Notes: generated by a model from the letters alone, not told the origin. Counted from the stretch's first letter, positions 1-9,957 are shown. The stretch is DNA of 64,000 nt from Hydrurus foetidus (GCA_900617105.1 UYFQ01000001.1:4712001-4776000), one strand, 5' to 3'. Translations and numbers: made by a program.

Positions 1-2862
1 CAGCAAACCGGCGTGCCGCTGGTCGCTGCAGGCGCGGTGCTGATGCACGTGCGCTCGCGCAAGCCGCTGCATGACGTGCTGACCGCCGTGGGCTTGGGTT
101 GCGCGGTGCACGACTGCGGCTTTGCGCTAGCGCCCAATGCTGAAGCGCATCTGCGGCCACGCATGCGCCTGGCCAGCTTGTACCCGCCCGAGCTGCTGGC
201 CGCTACGCTCGAAGTTGCCCGGCGCTGCACGTTTAATTTAGACGAAATTCGTGACTTGTACCGCTACCCACAAGGCGCGGTGCAGCGTGATGAATCGCCC
301 ATGGATTGCCTGCGCCGCTTGACCAAAGCGGGCGCCCAGCAACGCTACCCGCAAGGCCTGCCCGAAAAAATAGCCACGCAAGTCACGCATGAATTAGCAT
401 TGATTGACGAGCTGGGCTACGCGATGTATTTCATCACCGTGCATGACATCGTGAAGTTCGCCATCGACAATAATATTTTGTGCCAGGGCCGCGGCTCGGC
501 TGCCAATTCTGCCGTGTGCTACTGCCTGGCCATCACCGCGGTAGACCCGGCTGAAAGCCAGCTTTTGTTTGAACGCTTTATCAGCCGTGAACGCAAAGAG
601 CCGCCCGACATTGATGTCGATTTTGAGCATCAGCGGCGTGAAGAAGTCATTCAATACATCTACGCCAAGTACGGCCATGAGCACGCAGCCATTGCCGCCA
701 CCGTCACCACCTACCGGCCCCGCAGCGCGATTCGGGACGTGGGCAAGGCGCTGGGCATTGCACCTGAAATGGTTGAGCAGTTCGCCAAAGAAAACTTCTG
801 GTTCGACAAAGGCGGCCTGCTCGCCCAGCGCCTTCAAGAAGCCAATATCAGCGAAGCAAAAGACGCTGGCCCAGTGTTGCAATGGCTGGACTTGACGGTG
901 CAGCTGCTGGGTTTTCCGCGCCATTTGGGCCAGCACGTTGGCGGCTTTGTGCTTACGCAAACCAAGCTCACGCGGCTGGTGCCGATTCAACCCGCCACGA
1001 TGGAGGCGCGCCGCATCATTCAGTGGGACAAAGACGACCTGGATGCGATGGGCCTGCTGAAGGTTGACGTGCTGGCGCTCGGCATGTTGTCAGCCATTCG
1101 GCGCAGCTTGCAGCTCATTGACCAGTGGCGAGGTGGGCATTTGCAAATGCACCAAATTCCGTCAGGTGACGAGCAAACTTACGACATGATTTGCGCGGCT
1201 GATACGGTCGGCGTTTTTCAAATTGAAAGCCGCGCGCAAATGAGCATGCTGCCGCGCCTCAAACCGCGCTGCTTTTACGATTTGGTGGTGGAAGTAGCGA
1301 TAGTGCGGCCCGGCCCGATTGTGGGCGGCATGGTGCACCCGTATTTAAAACGCCGCGCCAATCCGGCGGAAGAAACCTACCCGAACGAAGAGCTGCGCCG
1401 CGCTTTGGGCCGCACGCTGGGCGTGCCGATTTTTCAGGAACAAGTGATGCAAATTGCCATGGTGGCGGCCGACTTTACCGCCGGTGAGGCCGACGATTTG
1501 CGCCGCTCCATGGCTGCGTGGAAGCGCAAGGGCGGCGTCAAGCGGTTTTACGACCGGCTGGTGGGCCGCATGATTGAACGCGGGTATGAACCAGCCTTTG
1601 CCGAGGGCATCTTCAAGCAAATTGAAGGCTTTGGCGAATACGGTTTTCCTGAAAGTCACGCCGCCAGTTTTGCCAAGCTGGTGTACATCAGCTGTTGGCT
1701 GAAGTGCCATGAACCCGCCTGCTTTTTTGCCGCACTGGTCAATTCGCAGCCAATGGGTTTTTATTCGCCGTCGCAGTTGATGCAGGATGCGCGTAAACAT
1801 GGGGTTCAGGTGCGGGCGATTGACGTGACGTGCAGTGATTGGGATTGCACGCTGGAGGGAAGTAGCAATGCGGGGAGCCCTGTCTTGCAGACCGCAGACC
1901 GGCCAGAGCCCGGTCTTCTTCGCACTGTCCCAGAGGCAGAGGGAGTAAATTCGCAGAGCAATCGACCAATCTTGCTCCCTCTCCCCTTGGGAGAGGGCCG
2001 GGGTGAGGGTGTGTTGGTTGCCGGAGCACAGTCCGCAGCATGGGGAGGCCCTCACCCTAACCCTCTTCCAGAGGCAGTGGGAGCAAGACAGACTCACCCC
2101 GGCATCTACCCCCACCAACCTGCCATTCGCCTGGGCCTGCGCCTGGTCAGCGGCCTGAGCGAGCAAACCGTCAACCGCATCCTGGCCGCCAGGCAAGATG
2201 CCCCATTCACCAGTGTTGAAGACCTCTGCCTGCGCGCCCAACTGAACACACTCGAAGTCAACGCCCTGGCCGCAGCCGATGCTCTAGCCCCGCTGGCCGG
2301 CCACCGCAGGCAGCAGGTGTGGCAAGCCGCAGCGATTAAACCCCAGCCGCTGCTGCTAAAAGCCGTGCCTACGCATGAGGCCGCGCTTGACTTGCCGGAC
2401 ACACCCGAGGGCGAAAACATTTTGTTCGACTACCGCGCCACCGGCCTCACCCTGCGCCGCCACCCGCTGGCACTGCTGCGCCCGCGCCTGGCTGAAAAAG
2501 GCTTCTTAACCGCTGCGCAACTCGATGCGCTGCCTGATGGCGAAGACGTCGCGGCTTGCGGCATCGTCACCCTCAGGCAGCAACCGTCCACCGCCAAAGG
2601 CGTAATTTTTTTGACCATTGAAGACGACACCGGCCCGATTAACGTCATCGTCTGGAAGTCCATTCGCTTGAGTCAGCGCGACGAGCTGCTGCACTCCACA
2701 CTGCTAGGCGTACACGGCGTGTGGCAGCGCAGCACCGAGCAGCCCGGCACGCTGGAAGGCTTCGGCGCGGTGCGTAATTTGATTGCCAAGCGGCTGGAAG
2801 ATTTAACCCCTTTGCTGGGCAGGCTGGGGCAGGGCGCTGCGCGCAGCCGCGATTTTCATTAA
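1..2862 (+). CDS. dnaE2: Error-prone DNA polymerase III alpha subunit DnaE2 (ImuC), 5'-truncated by window edge; ~87-aa repeat-containing insertion at 1858-2118
   Basis: CQGRGSAANSAVCYCL, EPPDIDVDFEH, GFPRHLGQHVGGFV, GFPESHAASFA and C-terminal SRDFH typical of DnaE2. Confidence 0.95.
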   Translation, partial: QQTGVPLVAAGAVLMHVRSRKPLHDVLTAVGLGCAVHDCGFALAPNAEAHLRPRMRLASLYPPELLAATLEVARRCTFNLDEIRDLYRYPQGAVQRDESPMDCLRRLTKAGAQQRYPQGLPEKIATQVTHELALIDELGYAMYFITVHDIVKFAIDNNILCQGRGSAANSAVCYCLAITAVDPAESQLLFERFISRERKEPPDIDVDFEHQRREEVIQYIYAKYGHEHAAIAATVTTYRPRSAIRDVGKALGIAPEMVEQFAKENFWFDKGGLLAQRLQEANISEAKDAGPVLQWLDLTVQLLGFPRHLGQHVGGFVLTQTKLTRLVPIQPATMEARRIIQWDKDDLDAMGLLKVDVLALGMLSAIRRSLQLIDQWRGGHLQMHQIPSGDEQTYDMICAADTVGVFQIESRAQMSMLPRLKPRCFYDLVVEVAIVRPGPIVGGMVHPYLKRRANPAEETYPNEELRRALGRTLGVPIFQEQVMQIAMVAADFTAGEADDLRRSMAAWKRKGGVKRFYDRLVGRMIERGYEPAFAEGIFKQIEGFGEYGFPESHAASFAKLVYISCWLKCHEPACFFAALVNSQPMGFYSPSQLMQDARKHGVQVRAIDVTCSDWDCTLEGSSNAGSPVLQTADRPEPGLLRTVPEAEGVNSQSNRPILLPLPLGEGRGEGVLVAGAQSAAWGGPHPNPLPEAVGARQTHPGIYPHQPAIRLGLRLVSGLSEQTVNRILAARQDAPFTSVEDLCLRAQLNTLEVNALAAADALAPLAGHRRQQVWQAAAIKPQPLLLKAVPTHEAALDLPDTPEGENILFDYRATGLTLRRHPLALLRPRLAEKGFLTAAQLDALPDGEDVAACGIVTLRQQPSTAKGVIFLTIEDDTGPINVIVWKSIRLSQRDELLHSTLLGVHGVWQRSTEQPGTLEGFGAVRNLIAKRLEDLTPLLGRLGQGAARSRDFH
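1970..2088. repeat. REP-like inverted pair (CCCTCACCCTAACCCTCT type) inside dnaE2
   Basis: Arm 1970-2010 tcttgctccctctccccttgggagagggccggggtgagggt is an imperfect reverse complement of arm 2048-2088; partial third copy at ~1929-1949. Confidence 0.85.
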
Positions 2863-2885
2863 AAGCGGCCGCTCCACCCGTTGCA

Positions 2886-3155
2886 TCACAGCGTTTTGAA
2901 GTGCTCGGCCCGGTCAACCATGTGCATCATTTCAGCTGCGGCTTCAAGCGTTAGCGGGTGCGCGGTAAAACCAGCACGCGGCGAAATGTAGGTGGCCATG
3001 GCTCTGGCCCTGGCTCTTTGTGCGTCGGTGGCGTCAGCCAGCAGCGTGATAACAAGGTTTTCCAGCGCAATAACGCGCATGTGCAGGTGTGCCTGTTCGG
3101 CTGGGGTCCAGGCAGTGGCGGCAGTAGTCGTGGAGGTTGGGGGTGCAGTTTTCAA
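2886..3155 (-). CDS. Small hypothetical protein
   Basis: 89-aa ORF convergent with dnaE2 and with plausible composition; no family recognised; start codon uncertain. Confidence 0.6.
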   Translation of the reverse strand: MKTAPPTSTTTAATAWTPAEQAHLHMRVIALENLVITLLADATDAQRARARAMATYISPRAGFTAHPLTLEAAAEMMHMVDRAEHFKTL

Positions 3156-3196
3156 CGTCAGCTTTCAATTGAACGCCCAGTTAAAAAGCGGCTGCT

Positions 3197-3237
3197 GCCC
3201 AATCAATACGGGCGTAAATAGCTACTGGTTTAATAGC
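3197..3237 (+). repeat. 41-bp double-dyad dispersed repeat, copy 1 (intergenic)
   Basis: gccc-aatcaatac-gggc-gtaaata-gcta-ctggtttaa-tagc. Confidence 0.8.
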
Positions 3238-3293
3238 GATGCATCTTACGCCTTTGGCTGTTGAGCAACGCGCCGCGCATGTTGCTGCTGCGG

Positions 3294-4784
3294 CTAGGGT
3301 GTAAGGTTTGCCCGTCTCAAACCTACAGTGCCTGTCGTGAAGCCGGTGTATATGGTTGCCCCTACAGGAGGGATGTAGGTGTACGGTATTGAATACGTTA
3401 AACCAGCCCTATCACCGTTAGGGCCAATCAAAAAGCCGCTGTAATAAGGAGCTGAATTGCTGTTTCCATTGCCTGTAAAAGTTCTGTTGGTAGGGTTCAT
3501 TGAACCGAGGATGTTTTCAAAGCTGCCAAGAGAAGTGCTGACCTTGGCGGTGACTACTGTCGACGTAAAGTTGATTGACAGGGCGGCTCCATTAAAAGTA
3601 CCTTCTACGCGGATATTTGAATTGCTGTCTTTAAAAACGGCAGAGGTGCCGCCGACGGATTCGTAGTTTCCTACGCCTGAAGTCGGTGCCGTTGTGCTGC
3701 CCAAGGTAGGGCGACCCGTAACATAAGCAAAATCAGAAAAGTTGGTGGGTGCCAGACCACCGGGATTTGTATCGGTCTGAACAACTCTGCCCCACCTACC
3801 CCAGCCAATAAAATTCGGGTTTGTGGGCGTACCGTAACCTCCGTAAACATCGGTTGCCGGGTTGGGAGAGGTGTAGCGTAAATTACCAGAGTCTTGCGGC
3901 ACACCAATTTGCAAAAGCCGCCCGACTCCGCTCACGACGACGCCAACGCCGCCGCCTGGCGCGCTAATCAATCCTGGAAAGGCCAAAAACGAAGGAAAGT
4001 CAGGTACGCCGGACACCCAAGTCAACACAGCCGCGTTGTTGATATTGACATCAGGCAAGGGACCTACTGGCGGTGCAGGCAGTACGGGCGGCAATGCCTC
4101 AGTGACGACCGGCGCAGGCACCTTGATTTGCGCCAGCAGCCCCGCTTGCTGCGTTGCAAGTTGGGCTTCTTGCGCTGGCGGCGGCGTGGGCACAGTAGGC
4201 CGCACATTGGTGCGCACCGGCGCTTGTGAATTGCTTAGCACCTTGACTGATTCACCCGCCGTCAGGCCCACACAGCCAGTTGCGGTGCACACCTCGATAG
4301 CGTCCAACTCAGTGGTTACGCTTAAGCTGCCATCTGGGTTGTAACCCACGTTAAAGCCCGAACCCCGAATACCGATGGTGGCTGTGGCGGTGTTGACTTT
4401 GTAATTGTCCCGGTTGCGCTTGCCAATCAGCCCCGTGATAGCCCGCATGCTGCCGCGCAATAAATCCACTAAAAAGCGGTCTTCTTTAGCGTCGAGTTTG
4501 TCAACATAGCTGGCGATTTTGAATTCAGTATTAGGCTGCAGAGAAATCAGCCCGCCATCAGTAAAGCGCACCTGCGCCCGGCCATCGCTTCCCGTGAGCA
4601 CGCTTTGGCCACTGTCAATTTCTCGGCCCTTGGACAAAGGTGCCAAGCCACCATCGGCGCGCTTGAGCTGCACATCACCGGCGGTGAACTGGGCTGTGCC
4701 TGCAGCAGCAAAGGCGTGCGGGGCAAAAGCGGCGCACAGCGAAATAGCCAAAGCGGATTGCAGCGGAAGAAGGGAACGTTTCAT
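3294..4784 (-). CDS. Secreted FecR-domain protein with Pro-rich linker and C-terminal beta-rich domain (candidate Slam/T11SS cargo)
   Basis: Signal peptide MKRSLLP..AFA; FecR-like TGSDGRAQVRFTDG..ATIGIRGS; C-terminal SGFLIGPNGDRAGLTY resembles TbpB-like barrel strands; ATG at 4784 preferred. Confidence 0.75.
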   Translation of the reverse strand: MKRSLLPLQSALAISLCAAFAPHAFAAAGTAQFTAGDVQLKRADGGLAPLSKGREIDSGQSVLTGSDGRAQVRFTDGGLISLQPNTEFKIASYVDKLDAKEDRFLVDLLRGSMRAITGLIGKRNRDNYKVNTATATIGIRGSGFNVGYNPDGSLSVTTELDAIEVCTATGCVGLTAGESVKVLSNSQAPVRTNVRPTVPTPPPAQEAQLATQQAGLLAQIKVPAPVVTEALPPVLPAPPVGPLPDVNINNAAVLTWVSGVPDFPSFLAFPGLISAPGGGVGVVVSGVGRLLQIGVPQDSGNLRYTSPNPATDVYGGYGTPTNPNFIGWGRWGRVVQTDTNPGGLAPTNFSDFAYVTGRPTLGSTTAPTSGVGNYESVGGTSAVFKDSNSNIRVEGTFNGAALSINFTSTVVTAKVSTSLGSFENILGSMNPTNRTFTGNGNSNSAPYYSGFLIGPNGDRAGLTYSIPYTYIPPVGATIYTGFTTGTVGLRRANLTP

Positions 4785-4818
4785 TGCAGACACCTGATGG
4801 AAATGTTGGATGACCAAT

Positions 4819-6180
4819 TTAAAAATCGCGACGCACATTCACTGACGCCGCCGCCCGATTGAAATCGGAAATCACGATATTGGACTTGACCTTGGTCAGT
4901 TGCAACTGCGGGGTGACCTTCCAGTTTTTGGCGGGTATCCAGTTCAGGCCGAGGTTCAGATTGAGCTGATCGTCTTTGCGCGTGACAAAAAAGAAGGGGT
5001 CGACTGCGCCATATTGGCGGTTTTCGTAAGCCAGCGTGGCAAACAGCGCTGTGCTGGGCGATAAGCCATATTGCACGCCCGCACGCAGCCCGAACAGCTT
5101 GTGCCCCAGCTGGCCCAAACGGTCGTCGTCTGGCCTTTCAGTGCCAAAGTAGCCGCCGCCGTACGACAGTAATCCGTTTGCAAAGGTGTGCGCATAGGTG
5201 CTGCCCAGCACCAATCGCTCGGCATTATGGAGCTTTTGCTCGGGGTAACGCAGTTTGGCCCACTGCAAGTAGCTGCTGATTTGCCTAAAGCCATCCAGCC
5301 GGTACGTCCACTCGCCGATCAAGCCGGCCTGGTGCCGAATGTCGGTGTCGTCCAGGCTGTTTGAACCGATCTGCACTACGCCTGAAAACTCGTGCTTTTC
5401 GTAGCGGTAGGTTGCGCCCGCGCTGGCATCAACCTGCGTGCTGTTGGTGTTGTCGGTTTTGAAATGGTCTTTAACCAAGCCTGACAGGCTGCCAATCAGG
5501 GACAAGCGCGAGTCGACCACGTAGCGTCCGGAAAGCCCGCTGCCGACGCTGACAAAAGTGTCTTTGGTTGCCAAGCCGGCCTGGTTCAGCGTAAAAACCA
5601 GTCCGCCAAAAGCTGGCACTGCCACGTTGGCGTTGCCCGGCCCGCTGTTGATGTTGGTGTCATAACCAATGGTGGCTTCTACGTAGCCACGCACCGACGA
5701 GCGGCCCGCATCTTCGGCGCGGTCAATGGCCTGCAAAAATTGATCAATAGTGGCGCTGGCTTCGGCTGGCAGGTTTCCTTTTTGCGTTTCAAGCAGCAGC
5801 TTGCGCGCGCCTTGCGTGTCGCCAACTGCAAACAATGAGCGCCCCAGCTCGGCTCTTGCTCGCGCGTTGTCTGGTTGAACAGCCAACGCCCGCTCAAGGG
5901 CAAACACAGCGCGGGTGAACTGATTGGTTTCGTTGGCAGCAATGCCCAGCGTGGTGTCAAAGTCTGCGTCGCCAGCGCGCGCTAACTCAAGCGGCTCCAG
6001 CAGGTCAAAGGCTTGCCTGGCTTGGCCGCCTTCTATTAAAGCTCGGGCTTTTTTTACTACCTCGTCAACTTCAGCGAAAGCCATGGGTGCCAGTGCTAAT
6101 AACGTGGCTGCCAGCAGGCTACGGACCAGCGAGGAGCGATTAAACCGGGGCGAGAAAGACATCTTGGGCTGGCGATTCAT
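4819..6180 (-). CDS. TPR + beta-barrel outer-membrane protein, Slam/DUF560-like
   Basis: Signal peptide, TPR region (ALERALAVQPDNARARAELG), GYDTNINSGP barrel-entry motif, C-terminal Phe. Confidence 0.75.
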   Translation of the reverse strand: MNRQPKMSFSPRFNRSSLVRSLLAATLLALAPMAFAEVDEVVKKARALIEGGQARQAFDLLEPLELARAGDADFDTTLGIAANETNQFTRAVFALERALAVQPDNARARAELGRSLFAVGDTQGARKLLLETQKGNLPAEASATIDQFLQAIDRAEDAGRSSVRGYVEATIGYDTNINSGPGNANVAVPAFGGLVFTLNQAGLATKDTFVSVGSGLSGRYVVDSRLSLIGSLSGLVKDHFKTDNTNSTQVDASAGATYRYEKHEFSGVVQIGSNSLDDTDIRHQAGLIGEWTYRLDGFRQISSYLQWAKLRYPEQKLHNAERLVLGSTYAHTFANGLLSYGGGYFGTERPDDDRLGQLGHKLFGLRAGVQYGLSPSTALFATLAYENRQYGAVDPFFFVTRKDDQLNLNLGLNWIPAKNWKVTPQLQLTKVKSNIVISDFNRAAASVNVRRDF

Positions 6181-6425
6181 AGTGTTGGTTTCGGTAACAA
6201 GAGATTGCCTGAAAGCTTACTACTAACTGCTGCTTAAGTGCGCATTTGTTACACTTTTTTCACTCAAGCTCAGTCGTGCTCTAAAAAGAAAACCCTCACT
6301 TAACTCCTTTAAGGGCCGCCCATTTAAGCTTGCGTTCGCAAGGGTTTGCACGGGTACCGTACCTTGTGACCTGGTTGCAATATAAGTCGTTACTTATATT
6401 TGCCTCAGCAAGGACGCCCCTCCAA

Positions 6426-6776
6426 GTGCAAACCGCCAACCAAATCGAACAAACCCAGGTTTTTGAATCTGCAGCCGCCTTGTTTGCTGTGCTTGCCACG
6501 CCCATGCGTTTGCGGGTGCTGTCGGCGGTGTGCACGCAAGAAAAATCGGTGAATCAACTGTTGCTTGAAATCAACACCACCCAGCCAAATTTATCTCAGC
6601 ATTTGGCCGTGCTGTCGCGCACAGGCGTGCTGGCCAAGCGCAAGGTGGGTACGCAGGTTTTTTACAGAGTGCAGAGCGAAAAAGCGGTCGCCTTGTGCCG
6701 CAGTGTGTGTATGCAGATCGCCATCGAGATGGAAGACGACAGCGTGGCCCCCGGGCAGGGCTTGGTGCTGCAATGA
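6426..6776 (+). CDS. ArsR/SmtB-family regulator at the head of the sox operon (SoxR-like)
   Basis: LFAVLATPMRLRVL..TQPNLSQHLAVL..QVFY winged HTH; stop overlaps soxC ATG; GTG start at 6426 inferred. Confidence 0.85.
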   Translation: MQTANQIEQTQVFESAAALFAVLATPMRLRVLSAVCTQEKSVNQLLLEINTTQPNLSQHLAVLSRTGVLAKRKVGTQVFYRVQSEKAVALCRSVCMQIAIEMEDDSVAPGQGLVLQ

Positions 6777-8125
6777 TTCGCAGTGCTTTCATTCAACCCG
6801 CGCCAGAAAATTTTCTGACGCGGCAGCACATCAGCCAGCTAAAAGCAGGCCGGCGTGGTTTTTTAACCGGTGTTTTGGCCGCGGCTGTTGCTGGCGCCCA
6901 AGCGCAAAGCCAAGCACCCGGAAAAGCTTCAGCCCCCAATCCGGCTGGTGACCCGAACATTTTGAACCTGCCGGCTCACAGCAAAGGCTTGGGCCTGCCA
7001 GTGGCTGCGCGGCCCTATGGCCTGCCGAGTGAGTTTGAAAAAAATCTGCAGCGCCGCGAAAGCCCCGGCCTGACGCGGGTGGGCGCGGCCAGCGTAAGTT
7101 TTAGCCCCCTGCAATCGTTGTTCGGCATCATCACGCCCAGTGGCTTGCATTTTGAGCGGCACCACCAAGGCTGGTGGGACATCGACCCGTCAAAACACCG
7201 CTTGATGGTCAACGGCTCGGACGAACGCATGCTTAAACGCCCCATGGTGTTTGACATGGACGACATCATGCGCTTGCCCAGCGTCAGCCGCATGTGTTTT
7301 ATTGAATGTGGCGCTAACACCGCTATGGAGTGGAGTAACACCGCCGTGCCCACTGTGCAATATACCCACGGCATGATCAGCTGCAGCGAATTCACGGGCG
7401 TGCCGCTCATGACGCTGCTCGATATGTGCGGCGTCGATTTTAAAACCGCCAAGTTTGTGCTGGCTGAAGGGGCCGACGGCTCCAGCATGACCCGCACCAT
7501 TCCCATGAGTCTGGTGCGAAGCGGTGAAGTATTGGTTGCTTACGGGCAAAACGGCGAAATGCTGCGCCCTGAAAACGGCTACCCGCTGCGCCTGATCGTG
7601 CCGGGCACACAAGGTGTGAGCTGGGTCAAGTACCTGCGCCGCATTGAAGTCGGCGACATGCCGTACGCCGCCAAAGACGAAACCCTGCATTACGTTGACT
7701 TGCTGCCAGACGGCACGCATCGCCAGTACACCACGGTGCAAGAAGTTAAAAGCGTCATCACCTCGCCCAGCGGCGGGCAGGTGGTGTTGCAAAAGGGGTT
7801 TCACAGCATTTCTGGGCTGGCGTGGAGCGGCCGTGCTGCGATTAAAAAGGTCGATGTGTCAGTTGATGGCGGCGCTAACTGGGCACCGGCGCGTCTGCAA
7901 ACACCCGTGCTGTCCAAGTGCTTAAGCCGCTTTAGCGCCGACTTGGTGTGGGACGGCAAGCCGCTCATTTTGCAAAGCCGTGCAGTTGACGACACCGGCC
8001 ATATTCAGCCCACTTACCAAGCGCTGCGGGCGGTGCGCGGCACCCGCAGTATTTATCACAACAACGCCATTCAGTCGTGGCTGCTGAGCGAAAACGGCGA
8101 GGTAAAAAATGTTCAAGTTGGCTAG
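6773..8125 (+). CDS. soxC: Sulfane dehydrogenase molybdo-subunit SoxC
   Basis: Tat RRGFL, ITPSGLHFERHH, FIECGAN, GYPLRL, YHNNAIQSW. Confidence 0.95.
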   Translation: MIRSAFIQPAPENFLTRQHISQLKAGRRGFLTGVLAAAVAGAQAQSQAPGKASAPNPAGDPNILNLPAHSKGLGLPVAARPYGLPSEFEKNLQRRESPGLTRVGAASVSFSPLQSLFGIITPSGLHFERHHQGWWDIDPSKHRLMVNGSDERMLKRPMVFDMDDIMRLPSVSRMCFIECGANTAMEWSNTAVPTVQYTHGMISCSEFTGVPLMTLLDMCGVDFKTAKFVLAEGADGSSMTRTIPMSLVRSGEVLVAYGQNGEMLRPENGYPLRLIVPGTQGVSWVKYLRRIEVGDMPYAAKDETLHYVDLLPDGTHRQYTTVQEVKSVITSPSGGQVVLQKGFHSISGLAWSGRAAIKKVDVSVDGGANWAPARLQTPVLSKCLSRFSADLVWDGKPLILQSRAVDDTGHIQPTYQALRAVRGTRSIYHNNAIQSWLLSENGEVKNVQVG

Positions 8126-9248
8126 TTGGGTATTGCTTATGTTTGTGCTTGTGTTGTGCCAGGTGGGCTGGCTGCCGTCTGCGGCGCAGGCCCAAACGGC
8201 ACGCTCAGCCCCCGCGTTTCAAGACATTGGCCGCACCGCCACGCCGCAAGAAATCAAGGCGTGGGACATTGACGTTCGCCCCGACTTTAAAGGCCTGCCT
8301 GCGGGCCAAGGTTCGGTCAAGCAGGGCGAAGCGCTGTGGGACGCGCAGTGCCAGTCGTGCCACGGCCACTTTGGCGAATCGGCTGAATTTTTTACGCCGA
8401 TCGCCGGTGGAACTACCGCAGACGATGTAAAAACCGGTCGGGTAAAAAGTCTTCAGATGGGCTCTAACCAACCCCAGCGCACCACGCTGATGAAGCTGTC
8501 CAGTCTGTCAACGCTGTGGGATTACATCAACCGCGCTATGCCGTGGACGATGCCCAAGTCACTTACTGCCGACCAGGTGTACGCGGCTACTGCTTATATT
8601 TTGCATTTGGGCGACGTGGTGCCAGCCGACTTTGTGCTGTCTGACCGCAACATGGCCGCTACTCAGGCAGCGCTGCCTAATCGCAGCGGCATGAACGCCT
8701 CGCACAGCTTGTGGCCGGGCTTGGAGTTTGGCGGCAACGCCAAGCCAGATGTGCAGGGCTCGGGCTGCATGAGTAACTGCGTAGCCGCAGTCGCTGTAAA
8801 AAGCGCCTTGCCCGACTACGCCAAAAGCGCGCATGGCAATTTGGCTGATCAGTCGCGCAGCATCGGCCCTAGCCGCGGTATGCCTACAGCAGCGCTTGGG
8901 GCCACTAATTCAACACAAAAAGACCCTGTAGCCCATGAAATACGGGCGCGAGCAGCTCCTGAAATAGTAGCGGAAAATGTGCCACTGTCATTCGCCAAAA
9001 TCAAAACCTTGCTAGACGCCAACGCCTGCACCGCTTGCCACGGCATGCAAAACAAGCTGGTCGGCCCATCGTTTAAAGACGTTGCCACGCGCTATACGGG
9101 GCAAGGCGGCGCGCAAGCCTTGCTGGCGGGCAAAATTAAAAACGGCTCGCAAGGCGTGTGGGGTGCTGTTCCGATGCCAGCGCAAGCGCTGAGCGCAGCT
9201 GATGCAGCGCAAATCGCCAACTGGTTAGCGGCGGACATGCCGCAGTAG
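8109..9248 (+). CDS. soxD: Diheme cytochrome c SoxD
   Basis: WDIDVRPD, CQSCH and CTACH heme motifs; follows soxC. Confidence 0.93.
   Translation: MFKLASWVLLMFVLVLCQVGWLPSAAQAQTARSAPAFQDIGRTATPQEIKAWDIDVRPDFKGLPAGQGSVKQGEALWDAQCQSCHGHFGESAEFFTPIAGGTTADDVKTGRVKSLQMGSNQPQRTTLMKLSSLSTLWDYINRAMPWTMPKSLTADQVYAATAYILHLGDVVPADFVLSDRNMAATQAALPNRSGMNASHSLWPGLEFGGNAKPDVQGSGCMSNCVAAVAVKSALPDYAKSAHGNLADQSRSIGPSRGMPTAALGATNSTQKDPVAHEIRARAAPEIVAENVPLSFAKIKTLLDANACTACHGMQNKLVGPSFKDVATRYTGQGGAQALLAGKIKNGSQGVWGAVPMPAQALSAADAAQIANWLAADMPQ
8931..8971 (+). repeat. 41-bp repeat copy 2, translated in the SoxD inter-domain linker
   Basis: gccc-atgaaatac-gggc-gcgagca-gctc-ctgaaatag-tagc, reading (V)AHEIRARAAPEIVA. 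Confidence 0.85.
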
Positions 9249-9438
9249 TCACGCACTGTAAAAGGACGCAACTACATGCTTTGGAGTTACAGGGAAAGCG
9301 TTAGCGCCTCTGCAATGCGCACTGCAGCGGTTTGAGGTCAAATATGGGCAACGTATTTTGATTTTTGAGCCTTTGAGTTCAAATTTTGTTAGTTAGCTTG
9401 GTAGCAATGGCGCATCGCCAGTTTTTAAGGAAATTCAA

Positions 9439-9912
9439 ATGGAACGTCGTGATTTTTTAAGCCGCACTTCAGGCGCTGGCGTTGTTGCGTTGGCAGCCGC
9501 CACCGGCTTGCCGGCCGCGCAAGCGCAAACCGTCAATGCTGCGGGCTGGAACAAAGCTGCGTTTGACAGCAAGTCGCTGGCAGACGCGGCCAAGGCTATG
9601 GGTGCCACCAGCGCGCTCACTGAGAGCAAAGATCTGTCTTTAATCGCCCCCGAAATTGCTGAAAACGGCAACGTGGTGCGGATTGAAGCAAAAAGCGCGA
9701 TTCCGGGCACCACGCAAATCGCCTTTGTGGTCGAAAAAAACCCGAGCGCGCTGGCGGCGTCTTTTGACATTCCGGCGGGCACCGACGCCAACGTTAAAAC
9801 CAACGTAAAAATGGGCCAATCGTCAAACGTGTATGCGCTGGCCAAGGCGGGCGACAAGTTTTACTACGCGGTTAAAGAAGTCAAGGTCACTTTGGGCGGC
9901 TGCGGCGGTTAA
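9439..9912 (+). CDS. soxY: Sulfur carrier protein SoxY
   Basis: Tat RRDFL, APEIAENG, C-terminal VKVTLGGCGG. Confidence 0.97.
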   Translation: MERRDFLSRTSGAGVVALAAATGLPAAQAQTVNAAGWNKAAFDSKSLADAAKAMGATSALTESKDLSLIAPEIAENGNVVRIEAKSAIPGTTQIAFVVEKNPSALAASFDIPAGTDANVKTNVKMGQSSNVYALAKAGDKFYYAVKEVKVTLGGCGG

Positions 9913-9957
9913 TTCGTCGGATTCGGCTACCGCACCCACTAATTCAGGAGAAAAAAT

